A stretch of DNA of 64,000 bases. Source: Psammoneis japonica. Taxonomy: Eukaryota. A program made the translations under genes and the position numbers. Location of the stretch: positions 99,075 to 163,074 of the forward strand of contig QPGO01000083.1 in the NCBI GenBank assembly GCA_008632985.1. Reading direction: 5' to 3'. Each line of letters starts with the position of its first letter. Position 1 is the stretch's first letter. Below the pieces are notes generated by a model. That model was given only the letters and a program-made list of their open reading frames with translations. It made no database searches and was not told the origin of the DNA. Shown piece after piece: positions 49,296 to 60,641 of the stretch.

Positions 49296-50239
49296 GGTTG
49301 AAGGAGGTCGAGTGTTTTTTGTGTTTTTGTAACTCTATAGCCCCTGCATTTTTTGTTTTCAATTTTTTCCATCCTCCCGTGTAGACCCCCAGTGAAAAAT
49401 GTACCAGAAGAAAGGCTAAAAGCCAGTCAAGCCGCTGCTTTTGTTGTCTCACAACATTTAACGTCGCGTCATCGGATCACTTAAGTGTCAGGGGTCACGT
49501 GAAACTGTCGGACATTTTTCGATCGTGACTGAAAAGTCATCAATAAATGTTCTTTCATCGTCTATAATTGAATGATGTCCTGCCCCTAAGTAGAAAGGGC
49601 CTGCGTAGGTTTTGGTACTGATGTACGCGGTAACCGGCGCTCACCGAGGCCCTAACCCCCAGGCTCCGGAGAGCCTGCAACCTTGTCAGCATGCAACCTT
49701 GTCAGCATGGCAGGGATGGAGATCATGGTGGAACCTTTGCTGATGCTGCACAAGGTGCAGGCAGGCATGGGGGTGAATGCAGAGACCTTGCAAAAGACAA
49801 TGCCAGCTTCTCGCTGTTGTGAGAGGAAACCCAAAAGCAAACAAAAGAACACCTGTTTTGGTTGCACTGCATTCTTCATAACACCCTGATGCTGGATCGG
49901 TGAAGGGAGAGGAGGGCGAAATGCTGCTGCATCTTACAGATGCTCTGCTCGCAGACTGCTGACTCCTCTTCCATCTCCATCCGATCTCTGCTCACTCCAG
50001 CGCACGCTCGCATCGCCAAAACTGTTGATGAAAAATGAGCGTCAGCACTTCTAAAATAGAAATGTCTTCGCTCTCTCTACTCTAGCTAGCTAGAGAGAGA
50101 GCAGCTACTCTAGCTACTAGCTAGAGAGTAGATAGTAGGTGTGGCGATGGCTGGCTGGACAGTGGACAGGCTGCAGCTGCGTGTGGTGGATGCAGAGGTT
50201 GGAAACCCAGCATTTTTTTCAATTATCACATTACTATAT

Positions 50240-51934
50240 TCAGTAAACGGCCCTCCCTCCAGTGGCATCAAAGCAAAAGCCAGTCGTAAAGGCGGCTTCC
50301 GGAGAGGCAATGAAAGCAACTAGACTCGCTATCTCATCAATCGTTCCACACCTCTTCATCGGAATTTTGTCAGTCATGTACTTCACCTGTGCAGCAGGCA
50401 TGTCTTCCACCATTTTCGTCTTTACTACAGCAGGTGCAAGAGCATTGCAGGTGATGCCGGTCTCGGCGTATTCTTTTCCAATCGTCTTTGTTAAACCAAT
50501 CACGGCCGCTTTGCTGGTAGAGTAGGCTAGCATCCCTGCGTTACCCTCCTTCCCGGCAATGGACGCAATGTTCACTATGCGTCCATAACCGCGATCCTTC
50601 ATGTAGGGAAGCACAGCTTTGCATCCATTGAAGATACCCTTGACGTTGACACGAAAGACGGCGTCAAAGTTGTCAGGATCAACGTCTTCAGTCTTGAGGT
50701 TTGTTGCTCCCACAATTCCTGCAGCCTGCACTAGAACATCGATACGACCACCGTTGCCTCCCGCAATACTCCTCCATGCATGAGAAACCGCTTCAGTGTC
50801 TGTTACATCGCAGACAACGGCGTCAAACTGACAAAATGAAGCAACGTGCTGCAGCTTGGAGCACGCTATGTTGAGCGTGTCTTGGTCCAAATCAACAATC
50901 GTAACACAGGAAGCTCCCTCCAGACCAAGTCGAGCGGCAATGCCGTACCCGATTCCACGAGCACCACCAGTGACAATGCACGTCATGCCCTGGAGGCGAC
51001 CAGAGAGCAATGGCTTTGCGAGCTCAGCAATTTTTTCTTGTAGTGGTTGCTGAGGTTCCACAATCGGTGTAACCAGGGTCCCAATGCCGTCAATCTCGCA
51101 CTCGACGATGTCACCAGGTACAAGCCATCTTGGAGGATTACGAAAGCACCCCACTCCTGGAGGCGTTCCGGTTGCGATAATGTCTCCAGGATATAACGTC
51201 ATGAATCTAGATATGAATGCTATGAGCGCGTCAACCTTGAAGACAAGTTCTTTTGTCGAGGAGTCTTGGAGTACCTCACCATTGACACGGCACCGAATTC
51301 CAGTATTATGAACACTTTCAAGTGTCATTTCATCTTGAGTGATAATGACTGGACCAATCGGAGCATATCCATCTACGGCTTTTCCGAGCAACCATTGACC
51401 TCCGTTCCGTTCAAGCTGCCAATCTCTTGCCGAGACATCGTGTACCACCGTGTAACCGCCAATGTGATTCACAGCTTTTTCTCGTGGTGTATTTCGAGGA
51501 ACTGTCGTTCCAATGACCACACCAAGCTCCACTTCATAGTCAAGCTTTTCGGTCGTTTCGTCTTTTGATACCGGATCACCTGGTCCAACCACGCAAGAGC
51601 CAAATTTCGAAAAGACCAGCGGTTCTTCTGGAATCGGAACATTTTGTTCAGTGCAATGATCAACATAATTCATTCCAATGCAAAGGAACTTTCCAACGAG
51701 CGACCCGTCAAGCGGAGCAAGAATACGACAATCTTGTGAACGCACGTACAACGGGCTTTCAGGAGTGCAAGATTCAATGAGAGAGTTTGCTCGAGAAATC
51801 GCTTCCGGTCCAGCAGCCAAAAATGCTCTTGCATCAGGAGAAATCGACGAAAGGTCACAGTACCCTTCAGCATTTGGGATCTGAGCGGCGAGTTTCACCT
51901 TGCCGAGGTGGGCAACGCTTGCGAGACGGACCAT
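50240..51934 (-). CDS. Fusion of an FAH-family hydrolase and a classical short-chain dehydrogenase (SDR)
   Basis: CIGMNYVDH..E...FSK...LDYEVELGVVIG...HDVSARDWQ...GK..D...PIGP...PGDIIATGTPPGVG (FAH), then VTGGARGIG...NIASIAG...YSTSK...FDATGGRAVY (SDR). Intronless; likely ATG at 51934. Confidence 0.92.
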   Translation of the reverse strand: MVRLASVAHLGKVKLAAQIPNAEGYCDLSSISPDARAFLAAGPEAISRANSLIESCTPESPLYVRSQDCRILAPLDGSLVGKFLCIGMNYVDHCTEQNVPIPEEPLVFSKFGSCVVGPGDPVSKDETTEKLDYEVELGVVIGTTVPRNTPREKAVNHIGGYTVVHDVSARDWQLERNGGQWLLGKAVDGYAPIGPVIITQDEMTLESVHNTGIRCRVNGEVLQDSSTKELVFKVDALIAFISRFMTLYPGDIIATGTPPGVGCFRNPPRWLVPGDIVECEIDGIGTLVTPIVEPQQPLQEKIAELAKPLLSGRLQGMTCIVTGGARGIGYGIAARLGLEGASCVTIVDLDQDTLNIACSKLQHVASFCQFDAVVCDVTDTEAVSHAWRSIAGGNGGRIDVLVQAAGIVGATNLKTEDVDPDNFDAVFRVNVKGIFNGCKAVLPYMKDRGYGRIVNIASIAGKEGNAGMLAYSTSKAAVIGLTKTIGKEYAETGITCNALAPAVVKTKMVEDMPAAQVKYMTDKIPMKRCGTIDEIASLVAFIASPEAAFTTGFCFDATGGRAVY

Positions 51935-52069
51935 GGTGAAGCGTATCTTCGGATTTTCGCAATCGCTGCTGTTATCGCTGTCCCACAAGATTGCCCATGT
52001 TTTTACTGCGCGTTCAGCGTGAAGCGCGCGCCAAAAAAGCTGTGACAGACGTCAATCTGGAAATCGGAT

Positions 52070-52206
52070 GATGATGTCAAGAAGTAGCAACAGCACGACC
52101 AAAACATCAAACATGGCTTCGGTTCCTATTTCTTTCGCGCAGATGATGTCAAGAAGTAACAACAGCACGACCACAAAAGCCATAAGTTTCGGTCCCTATT
52201 TCTTTC
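52070..52206 (+). repeat. ~70-bp tandem duplication in the divergent intergenic region
   Basis: gatgatgtcaagaagta.caacagcacgacca...ttcggt.cctatttcttt occurs twice. Confidence 0.8.
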
Positions 52207-52212
52207 TCTTAT

Positions 52213-52908
52213 ATGAGTGAAGCAGAAGCAAGAGGTGTTGGCAGAGCAGCATTGTCATCGAAAGGAGACGAAGGCGGTGCCACTAAGAGCGCGCATCATG
52301 ATGAATGGCAGCAGAATTCGAATCGCGGGTGGGATTACATGAGCATCTACTGGACATTTGGTTTAGCCATTGGCAAGATATTTGGATATCTACCGCTTCA
52401 ACCACTGCTGCTGCATGACAATGAGGATGCCCTACTACACTTCACTGCTACTTTGGTTGTGACCGCAGCCGCCCAACCCATCATTTTGCGTCGTTACGGT
52501 CATTTTGGTCGCGAATTCGATGTCGGAGCTTTCCTTATCTTCCCCATTTGCAATGGCATTTTTGAAACGATTCTATTTTTGGCGTCGTACGACGTCGGAA
52601 AGTGGTTGTCACAAGTTGCTTTTGGAGTAGAATCAAACCTCTGGATAGCTCGCGGTGTCGGTTTCGTCACGTTTAACGTGTACTCGGCTCTCATTCACGC
52701 ACTCTTCTGGCTTCGTCGAGCATTACCGCGACACACGTTGCCCGACGCATCTCCATTCCATCAACAAATGCTTCCTGCCTTGTTGGTTGTTAGCATCTCG
52801 TGGCTGGCCTGGCATGAATTGCAAGGCACTGTGGCGGAAGTTTGCCTGTTACACGGTCTTGTCAATGCTATGTACGTGGTAAAGATACGTCTACCTGGCC
52901 CATTTTAG
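52213..52908 (+). CDS. Multi-pass membrane protein, weak CPBP/CAAX-protease-like motifs
   Basis: 231-aa ORF with normal dinucleotide composition and several hydrophobic segments. Motifs NGIFETILF, SALIHALF and LLHGLVN. Confidence 0.6.
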   Translation: MSEAEARGVGRAALSSKGDEGGATKSAHHDEWQQNSNRGWDYMSIYWTFGLAIGKIFGYLPLQPLLLHDNEDALLHFTATLVVTAAAQPIILRRYGHFGREFDVGAFLIFPICNGIFETILFLASYDVGKWLSQVAFGVESNLWIARGVGFVTFNVYSALIHALFWLRRALPRHTLPDASPFHQQMLPALLVVSISWLAWHELQGTVAEVCLLHGLVNAMYVVKIRLPGPF

Positions 52909-53109
52909 CCATTTTCCTTTTCAATAAAGTAATTGTTACCTTTATAGCATGGTAGATAAATGTGATGCCTACAGTATCGACATTGCTCTGTTACTTTTCA
53001 CCTTGCAAACTTTGCCTCTCGCGTGCCGTGCCATTGTACACTTTTTCCGCGTTCACATTGTTTTCCATCAAACTTGACTTCGTTGACATTGCGATAGATT
53101 CTAGATCGA

Positions 53110-56100
53110 TCCGAGAGAGGTGAGTGATCAAGCCAATGAGCATGTTGCACTCTTTGTGAAGAGGGCATCACACTGGCTAGACCTCACCGCATTGACACTC
53201 GCAACAAATGCAAGTGAAGACCCATCAGTGGCAAAAAATGTCACCCAGATCTATGGTCTCTAGTGGTGGGGAATGGCTCCTGCATTCAAATCACTGTTCA
53301 CAACTGTCTGAGCCACAGATGATTTGTTGATCTCCCAAGCAATTGCACACTGAGTTGGCCACCAATTCTGCACCCAACTTTTTTCAAACAGGAGGTGAGA
53401 ACTGGGGGCCCAGCATCTGTGCAATGCCCCAAAGGGCACCAAAGATGCTTGCATTGGCCAGCAGTGCAGATGACATGGTCTGTGGCAATCTTAAAACCAG
53501 GGCAAGTGCAGTTAGAACGCTGCTCCATGACCCACTTGCAGCTTCACACTGTGCCGGTGTCAACTCAGCAGCCACAGAACCGCTTTGTCACAGTGAGCTT
53601 TGGAATCCTCCAACTGCTCTCCTGCCATTTTCTGTTCAGCCTTGCTCTTCTCATGTTTGAAACCATCCGTGGGAAGCTTTTCATGTTGGTCTTCAACTTT
53701 TGCATGCTGTTTTGCTCAGTTGTCATGCTCAAGACACCTTGTGTGTCTCTGGCGCTGATCGATGCTCTCGAGTTGTGAAGTGGCTGTCTTCATCCGGAGA
53801 ATTTCAAGCAGCATTCCGTGCACTTGTTCTACAGCTCAACTTGTGCACAGCACCAACCAAGTGCAGAATCAAGTGTGGCAAAAAATGCTGGGTGTGCCTC
53901 CTTGAATTCCAGCAAAATGCTTTCACCTTTGCTTTCTGGGCTGTTGCAAGAAATGCAAAACCCACTCCTTCTCCATCTCCAGCAGCTTGGCAAAGCCTGT
54001 TTCCAATTGTGCTGGCTTGCCAGCCAGCAGGTCTAAATCCCCCACAATGAACCTCAAGCCATTTGAGTGCTCCAGTGAGAAATGCAACAGGGCCCTGGCA
54101 AAGCATGGGTCCTGCTCACTGAGAAGAAGAATCAAAAATGTGTTGGACTCATTGAAGCAGTGTCATTTGATCTTGACCAACTCCCAGCATCCAGCTTCAA
54201 GCTCAGACAAGACTTGCTCACTTCATTTCTTGAACCACTTTGTCCTTTGCTTTCAACAAAGATGCAAAATTTTTGAGAACAAGTTCTCCTGTTTTCTTCC
54301 ACAAAAGTGGCTCAAATTTGAAAAAGAAACCATGTGCTTCCATCATCTCAAATCCTGGAACTTTTGACAAAAGACCATTTTGTGAGGGCAAAGCTTTTGC
54401 CGGCTCAAAACACAAGCCCATCTCTGACCCAAATTGCACCATGACCCAGATGCCAGGCCCAAACATCAACTCAGTGCAATGCTCCAATGCACGCCCTTGG
54501 CATGAATTGCCCACCAACTGCTTTGCCATTTCTTGTGAGACAATGAATGACAAAAAAGTTTCTTCCCTGCCACAGTCTGCATGATGCAGCAAAAGGAGGT
54601 GCTTGCAAATTTGTTGGTTGACACACCATCAACGCTGCTGTCATTCCACACAACAGATTTCTTCTGCCACAAAGATCAGCCAGTGCTTTGTGTCCTTTCA
54701 GTCCATTGCAGAAAGACTGGATGAGCCAGCAAGAATGATCACAATTTTCTTTGTGGTTGTTTTGGCCCACATGGTCACCAAATGCAGCAAGCAACACCCA
54801 CATCATGACCAGGTTTGTAATGTGAAAAGAATCATCCAAAAAAATCACCCGCCATGCAGCACAATTTGCCCACCACAGAAGATTGAGAAGTGGCAGCACT
54901 GCTTTCTTAAAAATCTTGTGGGCAGTTTTGAAAGCATGTTGGGAGCATTGTCTGTGGCCACCCTCTGTCACAGTGTTCAAATGCATTGGCAGTTCCAAGG
55001 CTCTCTGTTGGGGCAGCAATGTGGCAGCTTTGGTGGCAGCAAGATTGGTGTGCAACACTTTGTTCCTCCAAAATGCTTGGAGTTGACATCACAGGAACAA
55101 CATGGCATGCTGTTTCCATGCCAGTTCTTTGCTGTTACATTCTTCCTGAAATTGTCCTGCAGATGAAAAGTGCCAACCACATCTGGTTGTCACAGATGGT
55201 CTCAAAAGGTTGACAAAAACACAAACTCATCTTTCACATGGGATCTTCCAAGAAAGTGTGTGCTGCAAGGGATTGCAAGAGCCCACCAACTCAGATGAAG
55301 GAACTCATGGCAAAAATGAATGTGACAAATGACATGCACAGCAAAGTCTCAGATGCCCCATGTTTTGCTTTGCAAGTGGGTGAAGTTTTGATGGAGCAAA
55401 ACACTCTTGTCTCAACTGTGCCACTTCACATGATCCAGCAAGTCCACCAACTGCTCATTGTCCAATGATTTCAAAATTCAGCATTGAAGAATTTCTTCAT
55501 GGACAACCTGGACATTCTGCCTTGATGTCTGCAACTCACAATTGCCCATCTCCATGTTGCACTTTGTGATGGTGTCCTCTGATGATGGCTCAAAACCACA
55601 CTTTGCACTGGCTCCAAATGCCAACTGCTCTGCAACATTTTCATTGATGTTGTCTGCAGGAACACTTCATAAAAAGATGAAAGTTTAGAGAAGCTGAGGG
55701 AAATTGTCCAAATGTTTGAAAAAACATCTGGGAGCCACTTCTTCTTAAATCTTGACAAGGTGAATGCATTGGAGCCTTTTCTTGGAAAGGCAGGCAATGA
55801 AATCTCCCTGTCACACACATTGTGGCTTGTGGTCACAAATCAACACAATTGACAACTTGATGGACTTGGGAAGTGTTTTGTTTGGGTTGCTCTCCTTCCC
55901 TTTTTCTTCTCAGCAAAGGATGTCTTGTGCAGCAAGGAAGCTTGCATTCTCCTGAGAATGCCAAATGCATTTTGTTAGACTCCCTGCAAAAGGAGAGTGT
56001 GTGAGAGATTTTTGTGTCATTCTTGAACAGAGTTGAAAATGATTTCATTGATCATTTGCATGAGGTCACCAGTGGAGTGTCTTGGCCCATTGAGCATGCC

Positions 56101-59100
56101 GTCAACTTTTTCACATGTCATCTGTCAGACAGTGAGATTGCTTCACAAAGAGAAGGAAGGATTTCTTGTGCAACTTGGCCCCTTTTGTGGAACACCTCAG
56201 TCTTGGTGCCAATGAAGAAATGAATCCTCTCAAAAGGATGAAAAAGGACACAAGAGACTTTTGTTTGGAGTTGATTTGAGTTGCTGCCTTGCCGCTGCCT
56301 CTGTTGCCTGCAAAAAGGATTGATGGAAAATTCTGAGGTTTCCAAGGCAAAGTCATGACACTGGAAGTGTGCAGTGTGTTTCTTTTGCATGTGCAGCAAA
56401 GGAATGCAAACCATCATCTTTTGGTCAACCCCCTCCCCCCATCATGACTGCAAAGAATGTCATGAATGCTTGACTTCCCTTTTGGACCTCTCTGCAGAAC
56501 GCATGTCCCACTCAGGCATGGGGACAGAATCCTGGCAATGTGCCAGAGGTCATGATGCCACATGTTCTTTGCCAGCATGTCAGTGAGGAGCTCCACTGCA
56601 AACCTTGGTCTCTTGGCAAGTGTCCACCTTTCTTGAGAGGATCCATCATCAGTGATGACACTTTTTCCTCAAAGATCTTCAAAGTCTTTCCAAAGATCAC
56701 GTGCACCCCAGCAACTGGAAATTGGATTGCTCCACTGTGCAAATTCAATGACAATCTATCCTCTGCTGGTTCTGAGGATGTCAACCCATGAAACTTGCCC
56801 AAAGTCATTTTGTTGCTCAGGAATGGAGCATTCTGCATTCTTTGGCCCAAGTCTTCTTCTGTCAACCTGCTGTTTAAAATGAACAAATGTGTCATCATTA
56901 AAGTGCAGTTCAAGAGCAGAAAGCAGAAGGTCAATTTGGCCATGCTGGTGGAAGAGCTTCAGAATCATGCTGTCTGTGCTGCAACAAAAGGAGCATTTTG
57001 TTTGCATTGATTGGGCTGACAATGGTGGAGGAAGAGCCACCAGTTGGCGAGCTCATCACTGACAATGCAAGCAACAAGATTTAACTGCATTGTGGCAAAG
57101 GGACTGCTTTTGCTGGTGTTCTGGTCCCCACTAACTTGGAAGTTGTTTTTGTTCTGACAACAGGCCTGGAGACATTTTTGATGAAAGAGGATGTTCAAAT
57201 CCTGCCGAAAGACAAACTGGATTTGCGACATGGCCTTGGCAACATGGTGGCCTTCAAAACACACCCCTGTGGTGGGGGAGCTGTGTGTGTGTTCGTGATT
57301 GCGCACGCACATTGAGTTTCAATGTTGATGTCCACATGCATGTGCACATTCCACAAGCAAAAATTCCTGTTCCACAGCTCCCCTAAAACTCTGACCACCA
57401 AAAACCAAGGGTGCAGAAACGCACTTTTTGGAAGACAGTGCACACACCAAAACATCACGCGTTTCGACGACTCGACCATGACGACCTCCCGTTCTTCATC
57501 CCCCACACCACCTGATGTGTGCCCGCCTGCCGTTCCTGACACAGCAGTCTCTCCCATGTTGGCCGGTGCCATCAAACCCGCTGTTGTAACCCAAACACAG
57601 CAGATTTGCAATCCTGAAGTTTGGGCCCACTTTCATCGGATCCAAAATTGACCGTGGACGACATTGCCACCATTTGTCATTGAGTGCCACAATCAAGCAC
57701 AATGCAACAACAAGGCGAAACCATCCCACTCATGCTCTGACTGATGTGGATGCAAGCGGGCCTGGTGGTGGCAGAGCGAGGCGATTTTGCTTGGAACAAC
57801 AAAGGCATGGGATCAACAAGCACCAATGCACTGGTCAATGCTACTTGCATGGGCGTGGGCATGGCAGAGGAGCGTCTGTGATGGGAGGCACGGTGACAAC
57901 TTTTCTCAGGATGATTGTTCCCAAGCAGATCATCCTCTGTCTGGAGGTGATTGAGGCGCACCCAGAGCCCAGTGGAGCCAATTGGAGCCAACAACAGGTG
58001 TCAAGATGAACTGCAGCAACATGTGAAGGAGGATGCAGCCAATGGAACACGGGCAGAGAAGGTGCCGGCATGCAAAGTGGCAGCACAGCTGTCGACATGG
58101 CACTGGTTTTGAAGGTCTAACAGGGGTTTTCTGTGTTTGCCAAAAGCACGTTGCTGCCTGCCTCCATTTTAGCAACCTACAAAAACAGCATGTTGTGCAT
58201 CACATGTGGAACTCAAATGGCGAGAGTGGCCTCTCATGGAATTGCACATGATGACCCAGTCCTGGAAAACAGAGCAGTGTCCAAGCCACATGCACCACTT
58301 GAAACCTTGCCAAGTTGCCTGCAAACAAATGCCAGTTTGCTGACCTCTCCAACTTGAAACTAAAAACCGTGAAAGCATGCTTGCCATCCAATTGTTGTCA
58401 GGTTTCTAATTTACACAGAGCTGCACAATGTGTCTGTACATTCTAAAGATTAGACTGCACTCAAGAGCTGACCAAGAGGCACTGTTTATGTCCATTGATG
58501 TGTCGTCCATCAGCAGGCCATGGTTGCGTGGGTTTCCTGGTCCGCCATCATCCATTGTGCTCCTTCTAAAGCAAAAACAATGACAGCATCAACAGCACCT
58601 GTGGCAGCAAGGGTGGGATTAACAGTGTCGAGCATGCCAGGGGGTCGAAATGCAGGTGCGGCGTTGGAATTCGTGACAGTGTCTGTGGGAGGCGGTGGGG
58701 CGAGAATGAAAGAAGTGTGAGTTGTTGGCACTTCATTGTGGACAACAACAGTGTCAACAGCACCTGCAGCAGCAAGGGCAGGAGCAACAGCATTGGGCAT
58801 GCTGGGGGCCCAAAATGCAGGTGTGGCTTTGGAATTCGTGACAGCATCTGTGGGAGGCGGTGGAGCATGCAAACAACAGTGTGAGTTTGCAGCATCTTGT
58901 TTTGCATGTGTCACACCCACAAGAACTGGAATGATGACATCACCTGTTGTGTCAGTGTTGTTGGCAACGGCATCAACAGGATCAGCATCCTGGGAAGGCA
59001 ATGGGGAAGAACCATGAGGCATCATCATGGTCAAGTCGTCAAAACGTGTGTTTTTTGTGCGGAGAAAAGAGCTGCCAAAAGTGCACTTCCGCACCCTCGG

Positions 59101-60220
59101 TTTTTGGTGGTCAGAGTTTTAGTGGAGAATGTGGCTCAGGATTTTTCCTGCTGCTGTTAGCATTTGTGTACAAATTCATGAACAAATGTAAGAACATTTA
59201 CATGAAAATGTGATGAATGAGATGTAAACTGCCACGCAACCATGACATCACCACATTCTCCCCTGCCACAGGGGTGTTCAAAACAACAGGGAGGATGCCA
59301 CGTGCCACCCAAAAGAATTGATCCCTCAAAGAACCTGCAGTGACTTGAGCATTTGAGAGGGTGACTCATGCATGGCCATCCCACCACCCATTCCGATGGA
59401 TTCTCCTCCACACAGCAGGTTCCTCATGGCAGGTTCCTGTCAGCACAACACAGACTTCAACATGGGCTGTTCTCCATGAACCTTTTGTGCCACCAATTTC
59501 ATTCTGTGTTGGACCTGAGTGTTTAAAACATGATGCAGTCTTGGACAGTTGGTGGCACTGGGTGGAAAACCCCTGCATTTGGCACAATGCATGGCCAACA
59601 CTGGGTTTCATTCTTGCCACCAACGATTTGAGCCCGTCTTGAGAAACTGACACAGTGGCCAACTTGCACTGGCTCAGAGTCAAGAACTCTGTGATGTGTG
59701 CCATGTTCACTTGGCTCTCATTCAAACTCTCTTTTGGCTTTGTTGAGGATGACCACGACACACGTTGCCCCCCCCCCCCCCTCCGTTCCATCAGAGCAAA
59801 TGACCCCAAAACCTGCTGCCTGCTGCTGTTGTCTGGGCTGCGGGTGCAGGGGTCACTGCAGATGAGCTGGGCCTTGATGGATTGATGCACAAGTGAAATA
59901 AAAACCAGATTGGAGCACTCAGGCTCTTGCTTGTGTCCTTGTGTGATCCACTCTTCTTGCTGAGTTTGTTCAATCCTTTGGCTTCCAGGTGGATGGCAGT
60001 CGCAGCTGCAGTGCGGACTCGCCCAATGCAGCAGTCTGTCCACTCCATTCCCTCTTGAGTGTCATTCTCTCATTTGATCCACAGCACTTTGTTTCTTGTT
60101 CATTGGACAATCACATCAAGCTTGTGGAGCTTTCAGCACAAGTTCTCTGTGTCTTGCTGGACTCTGGATTCCCCGGCAGTCCTGAGGCGTCAAGAACCCT
60201 GGCGACGAACCCATTGTAGA
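53110..60220. other. TpA- and CpG-depleted degenerate repeat domain
   Basis: Manual count finds about 43 TA dinucleotides in about 7.1 kb. Edges against the normal genes on both sides are sharp. Confidence 0.85.
57262..59276. mobile_element. Non-autonomous Mutator-like element, 2.0 kb, ~250-bp imperfect TIRs, 9-bp TSD
   Basis: TTCAAAACA|CACCCCTGTGG ... CCACAGGGGTG|TTCAAAACA. The arms share ctaaaactctgaccaccaaaaacc.agggtgc.gaa. Confidence 0.85.
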
Positions 60221-60641
60221 ATTTCAGGTTGCTGGCAAGAACACTGCATCACATTGATGCAAATTGAAGCACGCAGAACCATTTATTTCGAGTAGCTTCG
60301 ATCTAGGTGCGTGCACGAATCGAAACCAAATCGAACGACGAGCACCTTCGATCGGCATGTTCTCGCCTGTGGCCCGCGCCGCGGAGTAGAAACGAATCGT
60401 GTTACAGTGCAGTAGGTGCGTAGCGGTACATACGTCCGACCACACACGACTGACTCCCCGAGCACAAGGAATGCCGCACGCTCACGAACTCGCACCGTGT
60501 GCCAGAAAGCAAGGGGAGTTGAGAGTGGTATCTTGAATTTCGGCAACTGTTCCTTTGCACCATAATTTTCTGTGGAAGCGATTTCGCAGCTTGTGTTTAC
60601 GACGAAACCAGTACGGTAGTGGGAGGAAGACGATTCTTCAA

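Noticed and set aside
54600..56400. Possible decayed ATPase-like gene
   Set aside because: Coding-like texture, but no motif could be identified with confidence.
5150..60220. Hundreds of overlapping Cys/His/Trp-rich ORFs in all six frames
   Set aside because: They are a by-product of TpA loss: TAA/TAG stops and Tyr codons vanish and TG/CA codons accumulate. They are not genes.
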